Positions 37,901 to 46,791 of a stretch of DNA of 64,000 nt are shown piece after piece. Every line of letters begins with the position of its first letter. The stretch's first letter is position 1. The position numbers were made by a program, and so were the translations under genes. The notes below the pieces were generated by a model. The model had not been told where the DNA came from. It saw only the letters and a list, made by a program, of their open reading frames with translations, and did not search any database. Source of the stretch: Planctomycetota bacterium (GTDB lineage Bacteria; Planctomycetota; Planctomycetia; Gemmatales; HRBIN36); the NCBI GenBank assembly GCA_014584395.1, contig JACTMY010000017.1, forward strand, positions 40,012 to 104,011, written 5' to 3'.

Positions 37901-38292
37901 TGCATCAAGGCGGGCAGCGTCGTCAGCAGGACCTGGCCTGGCGGGGAATGGGGAAGCTGCCGAAGCACTTTGAGCCGGGCGGCCAAGGCGTCCTCCGCGG
38001 TGTCCCAGGCAGGGAAAGCCAGGGGCCGCTGTCCCGTGAACGTGTGCAGATCGTCCGTCCAGGGGTCCAAGTCATTCATGTGGGGCAGGACGACCACCAG
38101 CCAACCCGGCCCTCGCCGCGCCAACGCCGCCACGGTCAAAGCCGCCGAGGAGCCCCAGGCGCCGCCGATGGCAGCGCTTCGGCCGGCGCTCAATGAGGAC
38201 AAAACCTCCGCCATGCCCTCCGCCTGTTCGATCAGGCTGGGCAACTGCGTCATGGGATTTGGGGTCGCCTCGCTCAGCGGCCGGAGGTTCAT
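34963..38292 (-). CDS. mfd: transcription-repair coupling factor
   Basis: 1109 aa. The CarD-like domain is GDWVVHVMHGIARYRGM. The helicase motifs are LLCGDVGFGKTE, IIDEEQRFG and LRGRVGR. Confidence 0.95.
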   Translation of the reverse strand: MNLRPLSEATPNPMTQLPSLIEQAEGMAEVLSSLSAGRSAAIGGAWGSSAALTVAALARRGPGWLVVVLPHMNDLDPWTDDLHTFTGQRPLAFPAWDTAEDALAARLKVLRQLPHSPPGQVLLTTLPALMQPVPAPERLRQHTRRITVGDEFRLEDLVKWLVENGLTRRETVERPGEFSRRGGIVDVFPLDADRPIRIEYFGDEIASLRRFAPDSQRSLESEESVELTAIESLQRQEAAIPSEDVREQPARSASKRSRTKDAPSQVGSLLHYLPPGSWSVLVELEELQDQGRHFLERLADRRGHFTVEATLQALTRIPSITLTHMPTVSMEATCHLRVESVERFSGELSRVRQEIAQLAAGSRVLIACPHAGERQRLEEIFTPADESASSVDPDRLTFALGHVHRGFRLVDAALAVLSADELFRREALPRATLPSRAYETRAIDSFLDLNEGDWVVHVMHGIARYRGMQPIENKGQLSDHLTLEFAEGTKLYVPADKIDLVQKYVGGGQAAPEPSKLGGTLWQKRKEKVQQAVAELALDMLELQAQREAVPGTACPPDSEWQREFEAAFPYAETPDQLKALAEIKADMEKTRPMDRLLCGDVGFGKTELALRAAFKMIDFGKQVAVLVPTTVLAEQHYRTFRDRLAEFPFTVACLSRFRTGSQAKQILQGLKAGSIDVIIGTHRLLSQDVQFHELGLVIIDEEQRFGVEHKDRLKKLRHSVDVLTLTATPIPRTLHLALLGLRDIGNLETPPRDRLAVETRIHRFDGPLIRQAILRELNREGQVYVVNDRVDNIHALANDLRSLVPEARIVVGHGQMSEHELEAAMVAFLNREADVLVATTIIENGLDIRSANTMLINQADRYGLADLHQLRGRVGRYKHRAYCYLLVDPGRKMSPQAAKRLKALEEFSELGAGFKIAMRDLEIRGAGNILGTEQSGHIAAVGYELYCQLLENAVRRLKKQAPRDRLEVTIELPLPALLPRDYLPSPKLRIELYRRLSRLRHREHIDDLRQEMVDRFGPLPAPAEQMLQLQELRILAGRWEVASIHVENKDLVLGYRQRAKIEKLANLSQGRLRVVDAQSAYYRLRTEDERQPSNMARLLKLLLQNQVG

Positions 38293-38470
38293 CTTGCGTC
38301 TCGACGTCGGCGTCAGCTCAAACCGTCATTATACGGACCCCCCGCCCCCGCCGCGGCTCCTGAATCGAGGCGCTGCGAGATGAAGAAGGGGAAGGATGAC
38401 TATGGCTGCGAAAACCAATTGCCGAGTTGAGATGCGTCAGCGCCTGGGGGAGCAATGGCGAGGATAGCGT

Positions 38471-38809
38471 TTAACCCGATTCCATGAGCAATGTCTGCAG
38501 ACGCCTAACGGCTTCCACGACCACTTCCTTGGGGACGGTGCAGATGCGTGTAGCCTTCCGCGCTCGCCAGTCCATGCTTTTCACCTGGTCGGCTCCCACC
38601 ACGCCAGTGATGGGCAAGCCCACAGGCAGAGGTACTTCAAAAGGATAGCCTTTCACCTGACTGGTGATCGGACACAACAGAGCCAACCCCACCCGGCCGT
38701 TGTAAGCCGAATGCGACAACACCAGGGCGGGACGGCGCCCTGCTTGCGGGTCGCGGGTGATCCAGATGGCAGCGCCACGTTCGGGAACGTAGACCCCTTT
38801 CCGTTTCAC
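38471..38809 (-). CDS. mazF: MazF/PemK-family endoribonuclease toxin
   Basis: YVPERGAAIWITRDPQAGRRPALVLSHSAYNGRVGLALLCPITSQVKGYPFEVPL. The GTG start overlaps the mazE stop as GTGA (38806-38809). Confidence 0.85.
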   Translation of the reverse strand: MKRKGVYVPERGAAIWITRDPQAGRRPALVLSHSAYNGRVGLALLCPITSQVKGYPFEVPLPVGLPITGVVGADQVKSMDWRARKATRICTVPKEVVVEAVRRLQTLLMESG

Positions 38810-39049
38810 CAGACCTCCTTGACGACAGCCGGCCCCGTAAGCCATTCGCCGGGAAGGTTCTCATCCGTGACGCCGCTCAATAGCTCTTCCAGCGCGAGCG
38901 ATTGCGGCGCAATGGGCTGTACGACCAGGCGGTCCTCTATCAAGGACAGTTCGACGGCAGCGTTTTCATGCAGTCCTGCTTCCTGGGCAAAGGACTTTGG
39001 GATGCGCAGGGGCAAGACTATTGCCCCACTTTTGAACGCGCGTCTTCAT
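38806..39049 (-). pseudogene. mazE: MazE/AbrB-type antitoxin with +1 frameshift in a C4 run (plus-strand GGGG 39009-39012)
   Basis: ATG 39049 (RBS GGAGGG) gives MKTRVQKWGNSLA, and then the frame is lost. The +1 frame continues LRIPKSFAQEAGLHENAAVELSLIEDRLVVQP... to TGA 38806. The total length of 244 nt is not a multiple of 3. Confidence 0.7.
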
Positions 39050-39317
39050 CGCACCCTCCAGAATCTACAACGAAAATACATGAGGTGAGGGGTGAATCAA
39101 CAACTCCTGGACATGCCGGCTTGGGAGAAATGAAGAAAAAGTCCTGCACGATCTTCGGGAATAGCCTTGGTTGACGAGCCGCGATGCCGCGAACCAATTC
39201 GCCCCCGCCGCTCCGCCGCGGAACGGGCGACAGCTAGTTGTCACGACACGGAGGATGCGTTAGACTACAGCCAACGTGGTTGCTGCTGACTCGCCACGTC
39301 GGGCAAGGTAATCGAGC

Positions 39318-40946
39318 ATGACTCTCGCTGAGGCCAAGAAATTGGCCCGTCTGGCGATGAAGCACTGTCAGGTCGATCGCCGGACGGCCCAAAAGGCCCT
39401 GTATGTAGCCTGGAAGTCCTCCAAACGCGGCCAGCCGATCGATTTGCTGGGCTACCTGGTGCGCGCGGGGGCCATCACGCGCCCGCAAGCGGATGCCCTC
39501 TTGGTCGAACTCAAGGCCTTGCAGGATAAGCCGGCCGCTCCCTCCATGAAGCCGCCGCGGGTCAAGCCGCGGGAGGAGCGGACTTGGATTCGGCAGCGGC
39601 TCTCCTTGCAGCCCAAGCCCGTCTTGAAGAGCGTGGCCGGATATCCCCTCATCCGCAAGCTGGGCGAGGGGGGCATGGGGGAAGTTTATCTCACCAAACT
39701 CCTCGACAGCGGCGAGTATCGAGCGATCAAGGTGCTGCCGCCCAACCTGGCCGCCGACCTCAACCTCCTGGCCCGCTTCGAACGCGAGTCGGAGCATTCG
39801 GTCAAGCTGCATCACGTCAACATCGTCAAGGGGCTTGAGTCGGGCCATGACGCCGCCACGGACCGCCATTATCTGCTCATGGAGCACGTCGATGGGCCGA
39901 GCGTGGCGGATTTGCTCAATCGCTTGGACCGCTTTTCAGTCGAGGACGCACTGCGGATCGGCTACGATTTGGCCTTGGCGCTGGAATACCTCCATGCCCG
40001 CAACATCGTTCACCGCGACCTGAAGCCGGAGAACATCTTGGTGACGTCGACGGGCGTGGCCAAGCTCGGCGACCTGGGACTGGCCAAGCAGATGGACGCT
40101 CCCAGCCACTTGACCAAGGCCAACCACGGCTTCGGCACGCCGTACTACATGCCCTACGAGCAAGCGATCAACGCCAAGTTCGCCGATGCCCGCAGCGATC
40201 TCTACGCCCTGGGGGCCAGCCTGTACCACATGATCACCGGCCAGGTGCCCTTCGATGGCCAAACCGCGATGGAGATACTGGAGAAAAAGGACATCGGCGC
40301 CTTCACGGCCCCCCGGCTGCTGCGTCCCGAAATGCCTGAGCGCGTCGAGGCCATCCTCCTGAAGCTATTGGCACGCCGGCCCGAGGACCGCTATCAGACG
40401 GCCAGCGAGTTGATCGTCGATTTGCAGCGCTCGGAACTCGTGCCCCCCGCCTTGAGCCTCATCAATCACCGCCTGATTTTTCGCCATCCGAAGATTCAGC
40501 TCCGCGCCGTCAACACGCAGGCCAAGACCGTGCCCGACGTCGCCACGCTTTCCAAATCGAAGCGCATCGTTCGGCCCTGGTACATCCGCTTCAAGGATGA
40601 CGCGGGGAAGGACCGCTCGCTGTTGGCCAGCACGGCGGTGTTGCTGAAGGAAGTGCGGCAGGGGCGGGTGCCGCGCAGCGCCCACGCCAGCCGATCCAAG
40701 GAAGGCCCCTATCGGCCGCTGCTCGATTGGCAGGAATTGGATCGCTTCTTGGCCGACACGAAGCCGCAGGTTTTAGCGCCGGAGCAGGCGCCGCCGCCAG
40801 CACCGCCTCCGGTCGATCCGAACGAGAAGACCTTGCTGTTGCCAGCCAGAAACGCGCTCATGCCCAAGCTCCGCAAGGCGTGGCCATGGGCGGCCGTCGT
40901 CGTCTTGATTTTGTTGATCGCGGCCGGGATTTGGCTATTCACATGA
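39318..40946 (+). CDS. Ser/Thr protein kinase with C-terminal TM anchor
   Basis: GEGGMGEVYL, AIKVL, HRDLKPENIL, DLGLA and a C-terminal WPWAAVVVLILLIAAGIWLF. Confidence 0.9.
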   Translation: MTLAEAKKLARLAMKHCQVDRRTAQKALYVAWKSSKRGQPIDLLGYLVRAGAITRPQADALLVELKALQDKPAAPSMKPPRVKPREERTWIRQRLSLQPKPVLKSVAGYPLIRKLGEGGMGEVYLTKLLDSGEYRAIKVLPPNLAADLNLLARFERESEHSVKLHHVNIVKGLESGHDAATDRHYLLMEHVDGPSVADLLNRLDRFSVEDALRIGYDLALALEYLHARNIVHRDLKPENILVTSTGVAKLGDLGLAKQMDAPSHLTKANHGFGTPYYMPYEQAINAKFADARSDLYALGASLYHMITGQVPFDGQTAMEILEKKDIGAFTAPRLLRPEMPERVEAILLKLLARRPEDRYQTASELIVDLQRSELVPPALSLINHRLIFRHPKIQLRAVNTQAKTVPDVATLSKSKRIVRPWYIRFKDDAGKDRSLLASTAVLLKEVRQGRVPRSAHASRSKEGPYRPLLDWQELDRFLADTKPQVLAPEQAPPPAPPPVDPNEKTLLLPARNALMPKLRKAWPWAAVVVLILLIAAGIWLFT

Positions 40947-41884
40947 AGCCGCTCTCTCAACGCCGGGCGCGTTGCCTCGTCTTTTTGGGAGCGGTGTTGT
41001 GGAGCCTCAATGGGCTGTTCAAAAGCCTGTTGACGCAGCCCAATGTTCTGGATCTGGGCGAGCCGCCGCTGCACAGCTTCGTCATGGGCTTTTATCGTGC
41101 CCTGTTCGCGGGGCTGGTGTTTCTGCCCGGGTTGCGAGTCGCCCGGATGCGGTGGCGGCCGGCCATGGGGGTGATGGTGCTCTGTTTCGGCGCCATGAAC
41201 GCCCTGTTCATGTGGGCAATGACGCACGGCACCGCGGCGAATGCTCTCATCCTCCAATACACCGCGCCCTTTTGGGCCTTGATCATTGGGGTGGGGCTGC
41301 TCGGCGAAAAAGGGAACCGCAAGGACTTCGCGGCCGTGGCCATCGCCGGAGTGGGCTTGGCGGTGATCGTGCAAGCCGCTTTCACGGCCGGGGACGATAC
41401 CCAATGGTTGATTTTCCTGGCGGGTTTGGGCAGCGGCGTCACCTTTGCCGGCGTGCTGCTGTCGCTGCGCTGGCTGCGCGATGAAAATCCGACCTGGCTC
41501 ACCGTGCAAAATCAAGCCTTCGCCGCCTTGCTCCTGATCCCCTGGATGTTGCACTATCCCGTGCCCCGGTGGGATCAGATGCTCACGCTGGTCGTCTTCG
41601 GCGCGGTGCAATTGGCGCTGCCCTATTGGCTGGTCACGCAAGGCATGAAGACCATCAGCTCGCATGAGGTGGGCATGATCGGTTTGCTCGAGCCGCTGCT
41701 CAGTCCGCTCTGGGCGTATCTGGTGGCCGGCGAGATTCCCGAACGGGCGACGATCATCGGCGGGTCGATCATTCTGCTGGCCTTGGTGTACCGCTATTGG
41801 CCCCGTCCTGCCGCCGCAGCTTCTCCCATAGACGAGCCAAATCCGGCGGTCGGGGCATCACAAAACGCAGCTTCTGACCGGTGA
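40943..41884 (+). CDS. EamA/DMT-family transporter
   Basis: The ATG overlaps the kinase stop (ATGA). About 10 hydrophobic helices in two EamA-like halves. Confidence 0.8.
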   Translation: MKPLSQRRARCLVFLGAVLWSLNGLFKSLLTQPNVLDLGEPPLHSFVMGFYRALFAGLVFLPGLRVARMRWRPAMGVMVLCFGAMNALFMWAMTHGTAANALILQYTAPFWALIIGVGLLGEKGNRKDFAAVAIAGVGLAVIVQAAFTAGDDTQWLIFLAGLGSGVTFAGVLLSLRWLRDENPTWLTVQNQAFAALLLIPWMLHYPVPRWDQMLTLVVFGAVQLALPYWLVTQGMKTISSHEVGMIGLLEPLLSPLWAYLVAGEIPERATIIGGSIILLALVYRYWPRPAAAASPIDEPNPAVGASQNAASDR

Positions 41885-42785
41885 CCGGGTGTTCGAACCC
41901 CAACTCGGCGGCATGCAGGGCGATACGCGCCGCGCCGCTGCGGTCGGGAACGGCCGGCCCCTGAAGCGGTTTGTGATACACCTTCTCGCCGCACAGAGGA
42001 TGACCCGCCTCGGCCAGGTGAATGCGAATTTGATGGGTGCGGCCTGTTTCCAACGTGCACTCGATGAGTGTGTAATCCCGAAGCAGTTCGAGGGGCCGGA
42101 CGTGAGTGACGGCAAGCTGACCCTGTTGGGGGTCGGTCGTGGAGCCGCGCAACCCGTCGCCGCGGTCGCGGACGAGTTGACTGCGGATCGTCATCGGCTC
42201 GGTCAAGCGGCCGACGACGATGGCGTGATAGAGGCGATGGATGGCATGGGCGGCAAACTGTTTAATGAGATGCTGCTCGGCGTCCGCCGTCCGAGCGAAC
42301 ACCATGAGTCCGCTGGTGTCCCGATCCAGGCGATGCACGGGTCTGATCCGCGGTGTTTTTTGGGCGGCGCGCGGCCCTGACCGCCGCTCTTCCTTGGCCA
42401 GCCGCGCTTGCAGCATCTCATCCAGCGTGGGCTGCTTTTGCTTGCGCCGCTGGGGCCAGTCGCGCTCCTCGGGATGGCGCATCGTCGTGATCCCCGCGGG
42501 TTTCTCGACGACCAGGAGATGTTCATCCAGATGGCGCAGCTTGAGCTGCTCCGGCTCGGGAGGCGGGGGCAGCGATTCGGCCAACACTTTGACCACCTCT
42601 CCCGCCTTGAGCCGTCGAGCCGGGTCGAGGCAGAGATTGCCATCGATTTGCACCCGGCGGCTGGCGATCCATTGCCGCACCTCCGACCAGGAGCGGTCCG
42701 GATGCCACAGCCGCAGGGCCTGGGCCAACGTCTGACGGGCTTGCTCCCCCCGGGTATGAAAGATGTGGTCGCGCCGTTTCCCCAT
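41769..42785 (-). CDS. RluA/RluD-family pseudouridine synthase with S4 domain
   Basis: VHRLDRDTSGLMVFA catalytic motif and an N-terminal S4-like region (RQWIASRRVQIDGN). Confidence 0.9.
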   Translation of the reverse strand: MGKRRDHIFHTRGEQARQTLAQALRLWHPDRSWSEVRQWIASRRVQIDGNLCLDPARRLKAGEVVKVLAESLPPPPEPEQLKLRHLDEHLLVVEKPAGITTMRHPEERDWPQRRKQKQPTLDEMLQARLAKEERRSGPRAAQKTPRIRPVHRLDRDTSGLMVFARTADAEQHLIKQFAAHAIHRLYHAIVVGRLTEPMTIRSQLVRDRGDGLRGSTTDPQQGQLAVTHVRPLELLRDYTLIECTLETGRTHQIRIHLAEAGHPLCGEKVYHKPLQGPAVPDRSGAARIALHAAELGFEHPVTGQKLRFVMPRPPDLARLWEKLRRQDGANSGTPRPAE

Positions 42786-42831
42786 GATTCACATTGTATG
42801 TGGATGCGCGGAATGCATTTCATGAAAGCCC

Positions 42832-44181
42832 TCAAGACCCGGATGATCCGGAAGACCCGGATCGTGACTCACCGGCCAGGGAAGCAGATTCCACTCGAGC
42901 AATGTAGACCGCAGCGGTCAAATCGCCGGTCACGTTCAGCGTCGTGCGGCACATGTCCAGCAAACGGTCCACGCCGAGGATCAGGGCAATGGCCTGCGGG
43001 GGCACATGGACAGCGGCGAGCACCATCATCAGCAAGGGGATCGACCCCCCCGGCACGCCCGCGGCTCCGATGGCCGTGATGACCGACATGACGACCACGA
43101 TCAACTGTTGGCCCAGCGTGAGTTCGATGCCGAAGACCTGGGCCAGGAACAGCACCGTCACTCCCTCGAACAACGCGGTGCCGTTCATGTTCATCGTCGC
43201 CCCCAAGGGCAGGACAAACCCGGCGATGGGGGAAGGCACGCCGAGCCGCTCCTCGGCGGCCGTGATGCTCGTCGGCAAGGTGGCGCTGCTGGAACTGGTG
43301 GAAAAGGCCGTCACGATGACGGGGCGCACCTTCACGAAAAACCACCAGGGATTGACCCGGCCGAAAAAGATCAACAGCAGCGGGAAAACCAAAAACATAT
43401 CCAGGGCCAGCCCGAACAGAACGGTGCCGACGTACCAGGCCAGTTTTTCCAAAACCTCCAAGCCCAGCCGCGTCGTCGTCGCCAGGATCAGGCAAAAAAC
43501 GCCATAAGGGGCCAATTTCATCGCCAGGTGAATGATGAAGACCATCAAATCCCCCACGGCGTCGAGCAGCCGCTGCATGGCTTCCTTTTTTTCATCACTC
43601 AGATGCGTTATCCCCACGCCGATGAGCAAGGCAAAGACGATCACGCCCAGCATCTCCATGTTGGCCATGGCGGCGATGGGATTGCGCGGCACCATTTCAA
43701 CGAACGTGTTCACGCCGAAGCTGACCGGCTTCCGTTCTTGCAGCTTGCCCGCTTCCTCCCGAATCAGTTGATCGCGCTGCTGGGCGTCGAAGCCATCGCC
43801 CGGTCGGATCGTATTGACGAGGAGCAGGCCGATCACGACGGCGATGCCGGAGGTCAGCACGAAATAGGCCAGCGTGCGCAGACCGATTTGCCCCACGTGT
43901 TTCATCCCGCCCAATTGGGAAACGCCCAGGGCCAGGGAAGCGAAGACCAGCGGCACCACGGTCATGAACAGGAGCCGCATGAAAATCTGCCCCACCGGCT
44001 CGATGCCGTTGCGGAGAAAAGGCTCCACGATTTCAACGTCCCGCTGCAAGATGCCGGATAGCCAGGCGTCCAAAGCGTCCCGGCTCTGATTGAGCACAAT
44101 CCCCGCCGCGGCCCCGAGGACCAGGCCGATCATGATTTTAGTGGGTATGGTCATGCCCTTGGCGGGAGGAGTGGAAGTCAT
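42832..44181 (-). CDS. dicarboxylate/amino acid:cation symporter (DAACS/GltP family)
   Basis: FSTSSSSATLPTS, GATMNMNGTAL and TLNVTGDL are typical of sodium:dicarboxylate symporters. Confidence 0.9.
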   Translation of the reverse strand: MTSTPPAKGMTIPTKIMIGLVLGAAAGIVLNQSRDALDAWLSGILQRDVEIVEPFLRNGIEPVGQIFMRLLFMTVVPLVFASLALGVSQLGGMKHVGQIGLRTLAYFVLTSGIAVVIGLLLVNTIRPGDGFDAQQRDQLIREEAGKLQERKPVSFGVNTFVEMVPRNPIAAMANMEMLGVIVFALLIGVGITHLSDEKKEAMQRLLDAVGDLMVFIIHLAMKLAPYGVFCLILATTTRLGLEVLEKLAWYVGTVLFGLALDMFLVFPLLLIFFGRVNPWWFFVKVRPVIVTAFSTSSSSATLPTSITAAEERLGVPSPIAGFVLPLGATMNMNGTALFEGVTVLFLAQVFGIELTLGQQLIVVVMSVITAIGAAGVPGGSIPLLMMVLAAVHVPPQAIALILGVDRLLDMCRTTLNVTGDLTAAVYIARVESASLAGESRSGSSGSSGS

Positions 44182-44440
44182 GAGTGGATCCCGAGGGAAA
44201 CGATTGCAGGTTCGACGACGCCATCGCCAGGGATGGTTTTACACGACTGTAAACGATGGCGATTGCCCTGGAACCGAAAATCAGGAAAAATGAAGCAGAC
44301 GGCGCCGCCGCGCAGCGGTCCGATCATCTCGACCATGACAAACGCGCGCCCAACCGTTATCATGCAAGAAACGCCCTTGCCGCCGGCATCGCGGGTTGAT
44401 GCGGTGGAGGACAACATGGACGGGGAGGTCGTGAGAACGG

Positions 44441-46396
44441 ATGAGCCGCTTAGGGATGCCTCTGGTCAACCAATTTTACCGGCTCTTCGGCAGCAAGTCG
44501 GAGCGCTGGCTGGCTCGGGCCGCGCTGCGCGTGGACGCGATCCGCTACCATGAAGCCCAGGCGGCCAAGCTCTCCGACGATGAAATCCGCCACCAGAGCA
44601 TGAGACTCAGAGGGCGAGCCCGCGGCGGCGAAACGCTCGATCGGCTGCTGCCGGAAGCCTTCGGCCTGGTCACGGAAGCGGCGCGGCGGACGTTGAACTT
44701 GCGGCTCTACGACGTGCAATTGGCCGGGGCGCAAGTTTTGCATATGGGCGCCCTCGCCGAACTGGCGACGGGCGAAGGCAAAACCCTTACCGCCGTCCCC
44801 GCCGTCTATCTCAACGCCCTCAACGGCAAGGGCGTCCACGTGGCCACGGTCAACGATTACCTGGCCCGCCGCGACGCCGAGTGGATGGAGCCGGTTTATC
44901 AACTCCTCGGCTTGTCCGTCGGCGTGTTGCAGATGCAGATGCAGGATCAACAGCGGATCAAGGCCTATCGCTCGGACATCACCTACGGCATGGCGTCGGA
45001 ATTTGGGTTCGATTTTCTGCGCGATCGCTTGCGCATCAAGGGGCAAGCGTCGCAGGGCGTGCCGTTTTGGGAAGCCTGGCAGAACCCCGGCAGCAACGGC
45101 GCCGCCAAGGCGGGCGAAAGCCGGGTGCAGCCGGAGTTTCTCCATTACGCCATCGTCGACGAAGCGGACAGCATCCTGATCGATGAAGCCCGCACACCGT
45201 TGATCATCAGCACGGCCACGCAGCAAGCCAGCCCCGAAGAACAGGTCGTCTATCATTGGGCCAATCGCCTGGCTCAGATGATGGCCTTCAACGAGCATTA
45301 CACCTTCGACCACAAGAAGCAAAAAATCGAACTGACCGAGAGCGGACGTCATTTGGCCCGCTATGCCAACCCGCCCGTGGGGCCGCATTCCCACGCCATG
45401 GATAAGCTCTTCGAGCACGTCGAACGGTCCATCTTCGCCCACGTGCGCTATCACCGCGACGTGCATTACATGATCGAGAACAACAAGGTGGTCATCATCG
45501 ACGAATACACGGGCCGCCGCATGCCGGACCGCCATTGGCGGGATGGGTTGCACCAAGCGGTCGAGGCCAAGGAGGGCGTGCCGATCAACAAGCAGTCGGA
45601 CCACGCCGCACAGGTCACGTTCCAAAATTTCTTCAAGCTGTACAAGAAACTGGCGGGGATGACCGGCACCGCCGCCCCCAACAACCGCGAGTTCGCCCGC
45701 GTCTACAAGCTGCCCGTCGTCGTCGTGCCGACCAATCGGCCCGTGATCCGTGAGCATCTGCCCGACCGCGTGTTTCCCAACGAAGAGGTCAAGTTCACAG
45801 CCGTGGTGGCCAAGGTCAAGGAATTGATCGATCAGGGGCGCGCCGTCCTCATTGGCACCCGGTCGGTGGAAAAATCGGAAGCCTTGAGCGCCAAACTGAC
45901 GGCAGCAGGCATTGTTCATCAAGTGCTCAATGCCCGGCAACATGAACTGGAAGCCAAGGTGGTGGCCAAGGCGGGCGAACCCGGCGCGGTCACCATCGCC
46001 ACGAACATGGCCGGCCGCGGCACGGACATCAAGCTCGGCGCCGGCGTGGCCGAGTCCGGCGGACTCTTTGTCATGGGAACGGAGCGGCACGATGCCCGCC
46101 GCATCGATCGGCAGCTTGCGGGCCGCTGCGGCCGGCAAGGCGATCCAGGGTCGGCCCAGTTTTTCCTCGCCCTCGATGACGAACTGCTCGAGGCCCTGGG
46201 CGCGGAGAAACAACAGGCCCTCATCCAGGAAGGACAACGTCGGCCAATACAGAGCGACCGCTATCGCCGACTATTCGATGTGGCTCAAAAACGGATGGAG
46301 GCCAGGCACTACAAACAGCGCATCGATCTGATGGCTTACGACCGCCATCGCCAGGAAGTGCTCAAGGACCTTGGCGCCGACCCCTATGTGGATTGA
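44441..46396 (+). CDS. secA: short SecA paralogue (SecA2-like, 651 aa)
   Basis: RLYDVQLAGAQVLHMGALAELATGEGKTL, VNDYLARRDAEWM, VDEADSILIDEARTPLIIS, TNMAGRGTDIKLG. It ends shortly after the start of the helical scaffold. Confidence 0.9.
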   Translation: MSRLGMPLVNQFYRLFGSKSERWLARAALRVDAIRYHEAQAAKLSDDEIRHQSMRLRGRARGGETLDRLLPEAFGLVTEAARRTLNLRLYDVQLAGAQVLHMGALAELATGEGKTLTAVPAVYLNALNGKGVHVATVNDYLARRDAEWMEPVYQLLGLSVGVLQMQMQDQQRIKAYRSDITYGMASEFGFDFLRDRLRIKGQASQGVPFWEAWQNPGSNGAAKAGESRVQPEFLHYAIVDEADSILIDEARTPLIISTATQQASPEEQVVYHWANRLAQMMAFNEHYTFDHKKQKIELTESGRHLARYANPPVGPHSHAMDKLFEHVERSIFAHVRYHRDVHYMIENNKVVIIDEYTGRRMPDRHWRDGLHQAVEAKEGVPINKQSDHAAQVTFQNFFKLYKKLAGMTGTAAPNNREFARVYKLPVVVVPTNRPVIREHLPDRVFPNEEVKFTAVVAKVKELIDQGRAVLIGTRSVEKSEALSAKLTAAGIVHQVLNARQHELEAKVVAKAGEPGAVTIATNMAGRGTDIKLGAGVAESGGLFVMGTERHDARRIDRQLAGRCGRQGDPGSAQFFLALDDELLEALGAEKQQALIQEGQRRPIQSDRYRRLFDVAQKRMEARHYKQRIDLMAYDRHRQEVLKDLGADPYVD

Positions 46397-46542
46397 TGGC
46401 GATCAAAAGCCTTGTCGCTCCAGAGCATCAAGAAACGCTGGCGTTTCCCTTCTAATCGTTTGCGTGGGTCAAATCAATCGGCAAGATCAGCGAATAGCCA
46501 TATACCACCCCTCACTCAGTGGATTCAATCAGGAGCATGAGC

Positions 46543-46773
46543 ATGACGGACTTCTTGAACAAACTCACGGGAGACGAATTGATCCCCATCGTGGCGATCT
46601 TGTCGACCTTTCTATTCTTGATCGTTTATGCCATCGCCTCGAATTGGCGCAAAGCGCGCATCGCCGAGATCGATGCCGCCCTGAAACGCGACCTGATCGG
46701 TCAGGGTCGCTCCGCCGAGGAGATTGACCGCATCATCGGCTCGGGCAAAAAAAAGGACAAGGCAACGGAATAA
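46543..46773 (+). CDS. small single-pass membrane protein, paralogue 1
   Basis: MTDFLNKLTGDELIPIVAILSTFLFLIVYAI...LKRDLIGQGRSAEEIDRII. AGGAG lies 7 nt upstream of ATG 46543. Confidence 0.6.
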   Translation: MTDFLNKLTGDELIPIVAILSTFLFLIVYAIASNWRKARIAEIDAALKRDLIGQGRSAEEIDRIIGSGKKKDKATE

Positions 46774-46791
46774 TTTCGACAGGGGATCAAC

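Noticed and set aside
44450-46237. 595-aa minus-strand ORF
   Set aside because: It is antisense to the SecA paralogue, which has all its motor motifs. The antisense product has none.
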